Shown one piece after another: positions 1-9,261 of a stretch of DNA of 26,833 nt. The translations under genes were made by a program, and so were the position numbers. Each line of letters opens with the position of its first letter. Position 1 is the stretch's first letter. The DNA is from Deltaproteobacteria bacterium (GTDB taxonomy: Bacteria > Myxococcota_A > UBA9160 > SMWR01): positions 1 to 26,833 of the forward strand of contig JAQBGU010000240.1 of assembly GCA_032128375.1 (NCBI GenBank), written 5' to 3'. The notes beneath the pieces were generated by a model. The model was given only the letters and a program-made list of their open reading frames with translations. It was not told where the DNA came from and did no database searches.

Positions 1-377
1 GGCCCCTTGCCGTACCAGATACCGAACACACCGTCGTAGCGGGGGCCTTCGAGTAGTTCGGACTGCTGCGACCCCCAGACCGACGTCGCCGCGAGATCTT
101 CGTTGACGCCGGGCTCGAAGTGGATGTGGTGGCTTTCGAGACTCGATTTAGCCTGCCAGAGCGCAAAGTCGTAACCGCCGAGCGGCGAACCTCGGTAGCC
201 CGAAATGAAACCCGCCGTGTTGAGCCCCGCGGCGTGGTCGCGCTGACGTTGCATCAGCGGCAGGCGTACCAGCGCCTGAACGCCACTGAGAAAAATGCGC
301 CCAGAATCGAGAAGATACTTGTCGTCGAGCGCATAGTTCGCGTCGAAATCTGCGCTTGATCGCTGGCCGCTTCCCAC
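1..377 (-). CDS. Indolepyruvate:ferredoxin oxidoreductase family protein (fused single-chain type), N-terminal 125 codons; runs off the left edge
   Basis: Manual translation from GTG 377, with GGAGG 5 nt upstream: MGSGQRSSADFDANYALDDKYLLDSGRIFLSGVQALVRLPLMQRQRDHAAGLNTAGFISGYRGSPLGGYDFALW...FEPGVNEDLAATSVWGSQQ...YDGVFGIWYGKG. LDDKY, SGYRGSPLGG, NEDLAAT and WYGKG are typical of this family. Not in the ORF track because no stop lies in the window. Confidence 0.92.
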   Translation of the reverse strand, partial: MGSGQRSSADFDANYALDDKYLLDSGRIFLSGVQALVRLPLMQRQRDHAAGLNTAGFISGYRGSPLGGYDFALWQAKSSLESHHIHFEPGVNEDLAATSVWGSQQSELLEGPRYDGVFGIWYGKG

Positions 378-481
378 GTGCACCTCCGCTCCGGAACGAT
401 ACAGCCCGATCGAATCGAGCGGCTGCGGCGGCTACCCCTTTGGAGGCTACCGAAGGCAAGCGACGATAGCCGAATCCCGCG

Positions 482-2026
482 TCAGGACCCCGGTTCCCGC
501 ATCGTCAAATGGGAAAGCTCGCGCGCGCGGCGAGGCAGCGCGCTCGCCAACCCATAGCCCACGCAGAACATCAGCAGATTCCCGAAGAACGCCGTGTAGT
601 AGGTATCGAACGGAATGGACAGGGTCGCGGGAAACACGCCCATCGTCCACAGGGTAAAGGCCCCCGTGCACAGAATTCCGCCCCACACACTTCGCGCGTC
701 CCCGACTCGGGTCAGAAATCCCAGCAGGTAGATGCCCAGCAGGCCACCGCCCAGCAGCGACGTGAGTTTGATCGAAGTGTCCTGGAGCGTTCGGCCTTCG
801 GCTTCGAGCAGTAACGTCGCGCCGACGAGCATGGCCAACGATGCCGCAGCGGCGATCCATCTGGCCGCGCGCAGGTAGTGGTGGTCATCGCGTCCGGGAG
901 CCAGGTGACGGCGGTAGATGTCGACGACTCCGACCGTCGAGATCGCATTGATACTCGAATCGAGTGATGACATTCCCGCCGCCAATGCAGCCGCGATCAC
1001 GAGCCCGGCAATCCCGTGCGGCAGGTAGTGGAGCACGAAAAATGGCACGATCCCCTCGGCCCGCAGCTCGCCCGAGAGCATCTTCGCCGCTTCGTCGGCC
1101 GGAAATACCTGGAAGAAGGCAAATAGCGCCGTCCCGAGGAACATGTAGAAAAACCAGGTCGGGATTCCGACGAGGACCGACACCAGCATCGCGCGTTTCG
1201 CTTCTGCGGTCGATTTCGCCGCGCAGTACCGCTGCACGAAATGTTGCGCGGTGACGTATTCGGTCAGGAAATAGGTGGCGCTCATCAGGATCATCAGCGG
1301 CGCGGTCTTGGTCCCGAAATCGAACCCCCATCCGATTGGAACGACCTCGCCGTTTACGACAGAGCCCAGGCTGAACTTCTGGTGTGCAGCCGCGATCGAC
1401 AGGATCTGGCCGAGTCCACCCGGCAACGCGAGTACGATCACCGCAAGACACAGCAGACTCCCCGAGACCAACACGATCGTCTGTACGACGTCGGTCCAGA
1501 TTACTGCGTCGATTCCCCCAAAGATCGTGTACCCGGCCACGAAGATTCCGCTGATCAGGATGCACGAGGTCTCGTCGAGCCCTGTCAGCTGATGAAGCAG
1601 CAGGGCGACCAGATACAGTACCAGGCTGGTGCGCAGAATCTGCGCGGCGATATAGGTCGCAGCGCCATACACGCGGATCGACGGGCCGTAGCGATCTTCC
1701 AGGTATTCATAGGCAGATGTGACCTGGCCGCGTCGAAAGAACGGGATGACGTATCGCGCTGCGATCATTGCAGCGAACGGTACGAAAACATACGGCAAGA
1801 AGCGGAGCCATTGGGTCTTGAATGAGTCTGCGGGCATCGACAGGAACGTGATCGAACTGATCGCAGTTCCGACCATGCTGAGTCCCACCACCCAACCCGA
1901 AAACCGCCGGCCGCCCACGAAGTACTGCTCTGTGTCGTGATTGCGGCGCGCAAAGTGGACGCCCATGGCGGTCATTCCGAGCACATAGGCGACGAGCACC
2001 GCGATATCGACCCAGTGCAGCGACAT
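482..2026 (-). CDS. Sodium:solute symporter (SSS/SLC5 family), ~514 aa
   Basis: Polytopic membrane protein with SSS motifs YFVGGR, SAYEYLEDRYG, GGIDAVIWTDVVQ, VQRYCAAKS and AAGMSSLDSSINAIST. Start re-set to ATG 2026 (MSLHWVD), 5 nt after the upstream stop; the ORF-track start at 2350 lies inside the CoA-transferase gene. Confidence 0.92.
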   Translation of the reverse strand: MSLHWVDIAVLVAYVLGMTAMGVHFARRNHDTEQYFVGGRRFSGWVVGLSMVGTAISSITFLSMPADSFKTQWLRFLPYVFVPFAAMIAARYVIPFFRRGQVTSAYEYLEDRYGPSIRVYGAATYIAAQILRTSLVLYLVALLLHQLTGLDETSCILISGIFVAGYTIFGGIDAVIWTDVVQTIVLVSGSLLCLAVIVLALPGGLGQILSIAAAHQKFSLGSVVNGEVVPIGWGFDFGTKTAPLMILMSATYFLTEYVTAQHFVQRYCAAKSTAEAKRAMLVSVLVGIPTWFFYMFLGTALFAFFQVFPADEAAKMLSGELRAEGIVPFFVLHYLPHGIAGLVIAAALAAGMSSLDSSINAISTVGVVDIYRRHLAPGRDDHHYLRAARWIAAAASLAMLVGATLLLEAEGRTLQDTSIKLTSLLGGGLLGIYLLGFLTRVGDARSVWGGILCTGAFTLWTMGVFPATLSIPFDTYYTAFFGNLLMFCVGYGLASALPRRARELSHLTMREPGS

Positions 2027-2031
2027 CGGTG

Positions 2032-4479
2032 TTAGACCGTGATCTCGTCGGTTAGCAGCCGTGTGATCGCGTCGGCGTCGAGGCCGAGAATTTCGCGCAG
2101 GACCTCTTCGGTATGTTCTCCGAGGTTCGGACCCGCCGACCGATAACCCGCGCTGCTGTACGACAAACGGAACCCCGAACGTTCGAACTCGAGCTCGCCG
2201 AGGTGGACGTGTCGCAGGGTTTCGAAATGCCCTCGATGGCTGAGCTGCGGGTCGACGATCAGGTCTGCCGCGGTCTGAACGACGCCCGCTTCGACACCGG
2301 CTTCCTGCAGCCGGCCCATCAGTTCGTGGGCGTCGAAATCCGCCGACCATGCCGCGATCAGCTCATCGAGTGCGTCTTCGTGTTGGCGTCGGCTTGCGAG
2401 GCTCGAGAACCGGTCATCGCATGTCCAACTGGGCTCCCCCATCACCCGGCGCAGTGCATTCCAGTCCGTGTCCGTGTGTGCGCTGATCGCGATCCAGCGG
2501 TCGTCGCCCCTGGCCGGGTAGACGCCATGCGGTGCGGCGTGAGATCCGGCGGGGTCGTCGCGATTTCCGCGTCGACCGACGACCTCGCCGTTCGCGCTGT
2601 AGCGGACCATCACTTCCGATTGGCTGTAGACGGCGGCTTCGATCTGCGACAGGTCGATGTACTGCCCCTCGCCGGTCCGCTCTCGCTCGAGCAGTGCGGC
2701 AACCGCGGCGAGTGCAACGTACCGCGGTGAAAGCGAATCGGTGATGGTGTGACTGGGGCCGTGAGCCTCTCGGTCCGGCCATCCGGTCAGGTGATTGAAG
2801 CCGGAGATCGCGGCACCCTGTCCGCCAAAGCCCGGGTAGGACCGCTGCGGACCGGTTTGTCCGAACAGGCACGCGCTGATCATCACCGAGTCCGGTCGAA
2901 TGGCGCGCACGCCCGCGTAGTCGAGGCCAAAGCGTTGCATCGGCCCCGGCGCGAAGTTCTCCGAAACGATATCCGCCCACCCGACGAGGCGCCGCACCAG
3001 CGCGACGCCTTCCGGAGTCTTCATGTTGATCGCGACGCTCTTCTTGCCCGGATTCAGCAGGATGAACATCGGAGATCCATCGAGCCCATGAGGGCTGTCG
3101 GGGGTCAACCACAAGATGCGTAGGAAGTCGGGGCGCTTCGACGATTCGATTCGGATCACGGTCGCAGCGTGCTCGGCGAAGTACCGGCTGGCGACGGGAC
3201 CGGCTGCGCCAGACCCCAATTCGAGCACGCGCACGCCAGATAGCGCACCTGGTCCGAGCGCCGACTCGGAACTCGGAGCCTGCGAGCCTTCGGTTGACCG
3301 CGGACGAGCCGCGCTGCGCCCGATTTCCGCGAAAATCTCGTCGTTGTGTTCCCCCAGCTTCGGCGCCGGTCGGCGAATGCGAATCCCGCGCGCGCTTGCA
3401 AAGAAAGCGGGATGCTCGATCGAAGCACCCAGTTCCGGGTAGTCGATGCTCGAAAACAACTCTCTCGTCCTCAATTGAGGTTGTTCTGAGATTTCCTTCG
3501 CGTTGTTGCAGGGGGCCAACAGGATGCGTCGCTCGAGAGCTGCGTCGTAGAGCTCGCGCATCGTGCGGTCGTGGAAGAATGCGCTGAATGCGAGTTCCAA
3601 GCGGTCGATTTCCGATTCTTCGAGCAGGTTGTGGTTGTAGTTTCCCCAGTCATAATCGACGAGCCAAGCTGGCGCGGCCCCGCATTCCGCCATGTAGTCG
3701 ACGGTGGCCTTCAGGTTGCCGATCCGTGCCGGGCCCCCGCGCAGGCCATACGACACGTAACCGTCCTTTGCGGGCCAGATCTCGCGCAAACCGCCAACGC
3801 GCCCTCCGTTTCGCTGAGCGGGTTTGTGAGAGTGCGCGAACTGGCCTGGCGTCGACAACAGCGCTTGCAGTTGTGTTTCGTGCAGCGACACATCGACGAA
3901 TTGACCGCGGCCGCTGACGATTCGCGCGTGCAGCGCCATCGCAATACCGAGCGCGGCTTCGGGGCCGCCGTGATAGTGGGAAGTCGGCATGCTGCAGCGA
4001 ACCGGCGGACGATCGGGATGGCCCGTCAGGGCCGCGTTGCCACCGAGCGCCACGACCACCAGATCGTGCGCGCGATACCGGGCCCAAGGTCCCGTTTGCC
4101 CGAACGGAGTGATCGCGCAGTAGATCAAGCGCGGGTTGAGCTCGCTCAACGTCGGCCAGCCGAGGCCGCGTTCGGTCATTGAACCGGGTCGCTCCGACTC
4201 GATCAAGACGTCGGCCGTACTGACCAATGAGTCGAATTGGTCTCGGCCAGTATCAGAGTCGATGTCGAGTGCAATGCTACGCTTGCTGGTGTTCAGTGCG
4301 ATCCACAACAGGCTGCGCTCAGCAGCTTCGATGTCGCCCGCAAACGGCCCGCGACGACGGGCTGCGTGGCCCTCGAGGGGTTCGACCTTGATCACGTCAG
4401 CCCCCATGTCGCCAAGGATCTTGCCCGCAAGAAAGCCGGACTCATCGGTCAGATCGAGAACACGGATTCCCTGGAGCAT
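2032..4479 (-). CDS. Family III (CaiB/BaiF) CoA-transferase, tandem two-domain fusion, 815 aa
   Basis: Two complete repeats: LQGIRVLDL...GDMGADVIKVEP...NTSKRSIALD...ITPFGQTGP...SGRGQFVDVS...APKLGEHN, and LSGVRVLEL...NPGKKSVAIN...FGQTGP...TGEGQYIDLS...GPNLGEHT, joined by an S/P/A-rich linker. Confidence 0.93.
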   Translation of the reverse strand: MLQGIRVLDLTDESGFLAGKILGDMGADVIKVEPLEGHAARRRGPFAGDIEAAERSLLWIALNTSKRSIALDIDSDTGRDQFDSLVSTADVLIESERPGSMTERGLGWPTLSELNPRLIYCAITPFGQTGPWARYRAHDLVVVALGGNAALTGHPDRPPVRCSMPTSHYHGGPEAALGIAMALHARIVSGRGQFVDVSLHETQLQALLSTPGQFAHSHKPAQRNGGRVGGLREIWPAKDGYVSYGLRGGPARIGNLKATVDYMAECGAAPAWLVDYDWGNYNHNLLEESEIDRLELAFSAFFHDRTMRELYDAALERRILLAPCNNAKEISEQPQLRTRELFSSIDYPELGASIEHPAFFASARGIRIRRPAPKLGEHNDEIFAEIGRSAARPRSTEGSQAPSSESALGPGALSGVRVLELGSGAAGPVASRYFAEHAATVIRIESSKRPDFLRILWLTPDSPHGLDGSPMFILLNPGKKSVAINMKTPEGVALVRRLVGWADIVSENFAPGPMQRFGLDYAGVRAIRPDSVMISACLFGQTGPQRSYPGFGGQGAAISGFNHLTGWPDREAHGPSHTITDSLSPRYVALAAVAALLERERTGEGQYIDLSQIEAAVYSQSEVMVRYSANGEVVGRRGNRDDPAGSHAAPHGVYPARGDDRWIAISAHTDTDWNALRRVMGEPSWTCDDRFSSLASRRQHEDALDELIAAWSADFDAHELMGRLQEAGVEAGVVQTAADLIVDPQLSHRGHFETLRHVHLGELEFERSGFRLSYSSAGYRSAGPNLGEHTEEVLREILGLDADAITRLLTDEITV

Positions 4480-4520
4480 CGGCCGACGTTAGCCCCGAAT
4501 ACTCAACGCTGGAAGCACGC

Positions 4521-4563
4521 CGATGGCGCTGCGCCGCGCCATCGATTCGAAGCGGCATCGAAT
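4521..4563. other. Two adjacent inverted repeats between the amidohydrolase remnant and the CoA-transferase
   Basis: CGATGGCGC-N6-GCGCCATCG (4521-4544, perfect 9-bp stem) followed by ATTCGA-N7-TCGAAT (4545-4563). No U-tract, so function is unassigned. Confidence 0.3.
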
Positions 4564-4627
4564 ATACGTGACCCCGCAGCGATCATCGGACACTCATCAA
4601 TGCAATGGAGAGCCTCACTTCGCACGC

Positions 4628-5241
4628 TCAGCCCAGTCGGTCGACCGCGATCTGTCCTCGGCAAATCACCGCCGCCAGAGCCTTCTCGGGCGTGGCCAGA
4701 CCAGCCAGCGAGGCCAACGGATCAACGTCGGTCACGACCACATCAGCAAAGGCGCCCGGACGCAGAACTCCGATTCGCCCCTCCAGTCCACACAGTCGCG
4801 CGTTAACCTGATACATCGAACGGAGTACATCAGAAGCCGGCTCGAGTTCGGCGCGTATCGCGAACTCTCGGTTCTGCCAAGGCTGCGCCTCGCCGAGTAG
4901 ATCGGTGCCGAAACCCAGCTCGACCCCGGCATTCTTTGCCAGCTCGATCGATTCACGACCGGATTCAAAAACCCCGTGGTTCTTGGCCACGTTGCGTTCC
5001 GGCAACCCGGCACTCGCCCCCATCTCGGCCATGGCCAGGTAGGAGTCGGGACCATCGTGACACCCAACTCTGCCATCCGCGCCGCCGTCGGTGGGTCTAT
5101 CAGGTTGCCGTGTTCGATGCAGCGCACGCCGTTTTCGATGGCGAGTCGGATGGCTTCCGGCTGATAGGCGTGCGAGGTCGTGTAGGTGTTTCGGTGCTCC
5201 GTCTCGATCGTGACCGCCCGCACTTCGTCAGCTGTGTTCAT
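4628..5241 (-). pseudogene. Metal-dependent amidohydrolase (Xaa-Pro dipeptidase-like) remnant, 5'-truncated and frameshifted
   Basis: One frame gives TADEVRAV...SHAY...GVRCIEHGNLID...MVPT; a second continues YLAMAEMG...GFGTDLLG...GRIGVLRPGAFADVVVTDVDPL to TGA 4628-4630. The frames switch near 5040-5046. The N-terminal half with the HxH metal motif is absent. Confidence 0.88.
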
Positions 5242-5502
5242 GTGCAGACCATATTGGAGCCGGTTACCACTTGGGAGAATTCAGGGCAATGATCAACCTT
5301 CGAGGCCGTCGGCCTGGGCCTGTACCTGACATTTCTGGCAACGGGCTCCCTGAGAGGCGATCAGCAGGAGGTCATCGCGGGTCTGCTTGGCGCCGATGGG
5401 GGATTTCGAATTCTTTCCATGGGGGTGAAGGGGCTGGATCCAAACGACTCGTCTACGTTCTTGGCACTCTTCACCCGACAGGGCAAGCTGGAGTCGTTCG
5501 AG

Positions 5503-6342
5503 ATGCGAATCGGCGTCACCATCCACGCTACCGACAAATCCATGAGCCCGGTCGAATTGGCGAAGGAAGCCGAGGATCGCGGTTTCTATTCGCTGTATTT
5601 TCCCGAGCACACGCATATCCCGATCAGCCGGCGCACACCGCCGCCCACGGGTGGCGAGCAACTCGCAGAGGAATACGCGAGGAGTCTCGACCCGTACATC
5701 GCGCTGAGCGCCGCAGCCGCGATCACCTCGAAAATTCGCTTGGGGACCGGGATCGCACTGGTTGCGCAGCACGACACGCTGACGTTCGCCAAGCAGCTGG
5801 CGACGCTCGACCATGTTTCGGATGGGCGGCTGGTTCTCGGGATCGGCTATGGCTGGAACCGAGAAGAGATGGAGAACCACGGCATCGACGTGTCGACTCG
5901 GCGCGCGCTGGTCCGCGAGAAGATGTTGGCGATGCAGGGGCTCTGGTCGCAGGAAGTGTCCGAATTTCACGGGGAGTTCGTGGACTTCGAGCCGAGCTGG
6001 CAGTGGCCCAAACCGGTTCAACAACCGCGTCCCAGGGTGCTGATCGGAGGTGCTGCAGGGGCGACCCTGTTTGCCCAGATGGCCGAGTACGCAGATGGTT
6101 GGATGCCGTTTGGCGGCGCGGGAATGAAGACCGCCGTCGGCGAGTTGCGCGCGGCGTTCGATTCGCGCGGCCGAGACCCGGGTCAGATTCATATCGTGCC
6201 GATGGGAGTCTTTCCGAACCAAGGCAAGCTCGACTACTACGCGTCGCTGGGTGTGACGGAGACGGTGCTGCGCTTGCCCTCGGCGCGACGCGACGAAGTG
6301 ATGCCAGTACTCGACGAGTACGTACAATTTTCGGGTGATTGA
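5503..6342 (+). CDS. LLM-class, probably F420-dependent oxidoreductase (Rv2161c-like), 279 aa
   Basis: FPEHTHIP, LDPYIALSAAAAITSKIRLGTGI, AKQLATLDHVSDGRLVLGIGYGWNREE, PKPVQQPRPRVLIGG, YADGWMP. ATG 5503 (MRIGV) has GGAG upstream and is preferred over 5419. Confidence 0.9.
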   Translation: MRIGVTIHATDKSMSPVELAKEAEDRGFYSLYFPEHTHIPISRRTPPPTGGEQLAEEYARSLDPYIALSAAAAITSKIRLGTGIALVAQHDTLTFAKQLATLDHVSDGRLVLGIGYGWNREEMENHGIDVSTRRALVREKMLAMQGLWSQEVSEFHGEFVDFEPSWQWPKPVQQPRPRVLIGGAAGATLFAQMAEYADGWMPFGGAGMKTAVGELRAAFDSRGRDPGQIHIVPMGVFPNQGKLDYYASLGVTETVLRLPSARRDEVMPVLDEYVQFSGD

Positions 6343-6859
6343 GAGTAAACATCGCTGCAGACGTCGTAGCAGCGCGCCCTTCCGACGCTGGCGAACCTGC
6401 AGACGATCGCTGAGTTCGACGATGTCGGGGCGGTACTCGAATACTCCCGCTCTCGAAGGATCGAGCGGGTAGTGCCCCGGCTTGTGGGGAAGGGAAAAGA
6501 TCGGCAATTCGTGATTTCAGACGACGCGGGCTATTCGATGACTTCCGAGCGGCGGTTACAGTCTTGGCGCGGTTGGCAACCGCCACAGCGGTGCGGCCAA
6601 CATGGACCCTATGGACCACGAATCGCCTCAGCGGTGTTGAGTTTCATTCGATATCGGAAGCCCATTCGGTGTTGGCAGTCCTCGACCGGGTCCGTATCCT
6701 AAGCGCCTTGTCGGGCCCCACGTGATTTTCTCGACCCGCTCGAGTCAAGTCGGCGGTCGTTTTCGAATCGCATGATCGACGCTTTGCAAAGGCTTCTGAA
6801 ACAGAGAAGTGCAACGCCGATAGCAAGCCGTCGATCCACCACACCGGACGGGAGTTCCA

Positions 6860-8047
6860 GTGGACCTTCGCTACTCGAAAGAGGATGAGAACTTTCGCGC
6901 GGAACTGCGTGCGTGGCTCAACGAAGCCGTGCCGCTACACGGCAAACCTCCCTCCAAGGCCGATTGGCCGGCACGGCGCGCATACGACACCGGCTGGCAG
7001 CGCAAGCTGTTCGACGCCGGATACGCGGGGATCAACTGGCCAGCTGCGTACGGCGGCCGAGATGCTTCGCTGACCGAACAACTCGTGTACTACGAAGAGA
7101 TCGCGCGCGCGGGGGCGCCCTATATCGGGGTGAATTTCGTAGGCATGTTGCACGGCGGGCCGACGCTGATCGCCGAAGGTACACCCGAGCAGAAAACCCA
7201 TCACGTACCGCACATCCTGCGCGGTGATCAGATCTGGTGCCAGGGTTTCTCGGAGCCGGGCGCCGGGTCGGATCTGGCTGCCCTTTCGACCAAGGCGGTT
7301 CGCGATGGCGACGATTACGTGGTCAATGGCCACAAGATATGGTGTTCGTTCGCCCAGGCCGCCGACTTCGGCGAGCTGCTGGTTCGGACCAATCCAGATG
7401 AAAAACACGCCGGAATCAGTTGGCTGATTCTGCCGATGGATGCGCCCGGAATCGATATCCGTCCGCTGCCTACGTTGGTCGGCGAGGGAGAATTCAGTGA
7501 GGTCTTCCTCGAAGACGTGCGAGTTCCGGTCTCAAACCGGGTTGGCAAGGAAAACGACGGCTGGCGTGTGACCAACGTGACGCTGCGTTTCGAGCGCGGT
7601 ACCGCATTCGCGAGCGAGATGTATCAACTGCGTGAGTTCCTCGCACAACTCGTGGGCGTCGCCAAACGTGTAACCCGCCACGATGCGAGCGCATGGGACG
7701 ACGCCGCACTGCGTCGCGAGGTGGGTCACATCTCGGCCGAGCTCGACGCGCTGTGGGCGATGGTGAAGCTGTCGGTGTGCCAGTCGACAAAGACCGGCGT
7801 GCCGGGGCTCGGCGGCTCTGCGATCAAACTGTTCTACTCCGAGCTCTACCAGCGGATTTCGGAGCTTGGTGTTCGTGTGCTTGGACGCGCAGGCCTGAGT
7901 CGCGACGACGTCGCGGGTCTGCCCAGTGAACACTTCTTGAGTCGGGCGATGCAGTCGCTGTCGTTGACGATCGCGGCCGGGACCTCACAAATTCAGCGCA
8001 ATATCATTTCGGAGCGCATCTTGGGAATGCCCAAGGAAAAGCGCTGA
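6860..8047 (+). CDS. Acyl-CoA dehydrogenase, catalytic-type subunit
   Basis: WCQGFSEPGAGSDLA, VNGHKIWCS, FSEVFLEDVRVP, TLRFERG (candidate catalytic Glu), TIAAGTSQIQRNIISERILGMP. GTG start after GGGAG. Confidence 0.93.
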   Translation: MDLRYSKEDENFRAELRAWLNEAVPLHGKPPSKADWPARRAYDTGWQRKLFDAGYAGINWPAAYGGRDASLTEQLVYYEEIARAGAPYIGVNFVGMLHGGPTLIAEGTPEQKTHHVPHILRGDQIWCQGFSEPGAGSDLAALSTKAVRDGDDYVVNGHKIWCSFAQAADFGELLVRTNPDEKHAGISWLILPMDAPGIDIRPLPTLVGEGEFSEVFLEDVRVPVSNRVGKENDGWRVTNVTLRFERGTAFASEMYQLREFLAQLVGVAKRVTRHDASAWDDAALRREVGHISAELDALWAMVKLSVCQSTKTGVPGLGGSAIKLFYSELYQRISELGVRVLGRAGLSRDDVAGLPSEHFLSRAMQSLSLTIAAGTSQIQRNIISERILGMPKEKR

Positions 8048-8115
8048 AAATTCTCGACCGCGGCGCCAGTGGCACCGCCCGAACCCGTCAAACCATCAAC
8101 CCAAGGAAGCGAACC

Positions 8116-9099
8116 GTGGACTTTCAGCTGACCGAGGATCAACAGGCGCTCCAGTCGGGTGTGCGGTCATTTTGTGAGGGGCGAGTTCCGGTCGAGCAGC
8201 TTCCGGAGATCGTGAAGCAGGGTGGCTTTGATCGCGGTCTGTGGAGCGAGATCGCGGAGCTGGGCGTGTTCGGCCTGAGGTTGTCCGAGGACGATGGGGG
8301 TATTGGGCTGGGCGCGGCCGATGCCGTCTTGGTGTTTGCAGAACTCGGCAGGCGGCTGGTGCCGGGACCCATGGTCTGGAGCCATCTGGCGGCGGGGTGG
8401 ATCGATGGTGCCGACACCGGGGATGTGGTCGTCGGTGGCCTGGATTTGATCTGCGAGCAGCGTTCGGTGATTCTGATCGAGCACCTCGACGCGCTGGACA
8501 CGTTGATGGTTCTGCGGGACGACGGTGTCTACCAGATCGACCCACGGTTGCTGAAGGCGGAACCCGTCGGAGTTCCGCTCGACCCGCTCACGCCGATGCA
8601 CCACGTTGCACATCTACCGCTTGGCGATCGCATTGGTGGTGCCGAGGACGCCGCGCGGATGTGGTCCGCCGGTGGTGCGATCGCGGCCGCTCAGCTGCTC
8701 GGGATCGCCGAGGCCACACTCGAACTGGCGACAGGTTACGCGCTGAAGCGCGAACAGTTCGGTCGCATCATCGGCGGCTTCCAAGCCGTCAAGCACATCC
8801 TGGCCGACATGTTCGTGCGTCAGGAAGTGGCACGAGCGGCCGTCTACGCGGCTGGAGCCACGATCGACGACCCGGTCGTCGGGGATGTCGCACGTGCGGT
8901 TTCGGCGGCGAAGTTGTGCGCAGGTGACGCAGCGATGAAGAATTCGCGGGCTTGCATCCAGGTACACGGCGGGATGGGATATACCTGGGAGGTGCCTGCC
9001 CACTACTACCTGAAGCGCACCTGGGTGCTCGAGTCGATCTTTGGAACGAGCGAAGAGCACGAGTCCCGTATCGCCGATCTGATCTCCGAGGGGCGCTGA
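8116..9099 (+). CDS. Acyl-CoA dehydrogenase, short partner subunit, 327 aa
   Basis: MDFQLTEDQ, YALKREQFGRIIGGFQAVKHILADM, IQVHGGMGYTWE. Lacks the EPxxGSD segment and has a shortened middle domain. Confidence 0.9.
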   Translation: MDFQLTEDQQALQSGVRSFCEGRVPVEQLPEIVKQGGFDRGLWSEIAELGVFGLRLSEDDGGIGLGAADAVLVFAELGRRLVPGPMVWSHLAAGWIDGADTGDVVVGGLDLICEQRSVILIEHLDALDTLMVLRDDGVYQIDPRLLKAEPVGVPLDPLTPMHHVAHLPLGDRIGGAEDAARMWSAGGAIAAAQLLGIAEATLELATGYALKREQFGRIIGGFQAVKHILADMFVRQEVARAAVYAAGATIDDPVVGDVARAVSAAKLCAGDAAMKNSRACIQVHGGMGYTWEVPAHYYLKRTWVLESIFGTSEEHESRIADLISEGR

Positions 9100-9232
9100 C
9101 GTCCGGTCGCAGAACGGGTTTGGTTGCGTCTCGTGGGTGGGCGCCGGAACCGCGGGCGACGATAGGGAAAATTCCGCGCGGCGCGAACTCGACGTAGGGC
9201 CCGGAGCTGCGGTTGGTGTGGGTACTGGGTTC

Positions 9233-9261
9233 TGGACGGTCCGGGGTATTTACTATACGCT
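9233..9261 (+). promoter_or_regulatory. Candidate sigma70-type promoter for the SDR-thiolase-crotonase unit
   Basis: TGGACG (9233-9238) - 17 nt - TACGCT (9256-9261), in an AT-rich patch (GTATTTACTATA) of a 278-nt intergenic gap. Confidence 0.35.

Noticed and set aside
120..359. 79-aa plus-strand ORF
   Set aside because: It is the antisense shadow of the oxidoreductase gene on the minus strand.
2027..2350. N-terminal extension of the symporter in the ORF track (likewise starts at 9273, 10148 and 13625)
   Set aside because: The extensions are low-complexity, mostly overlap upstream genes and precede clear family N-termini.
5271..6619. Long overlapping ORFs (355, 404 and 298 aa) across the LLM gene
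   Set aside because: Arg/Pro/Gly-rich with no motifs, typical of alternative frames in GC-rich DNA. The same applies to 11594..12694, 12868..13812, 15056..16225, 17485..18492, 21574..22524, 22439..23692 and 24127..25089.
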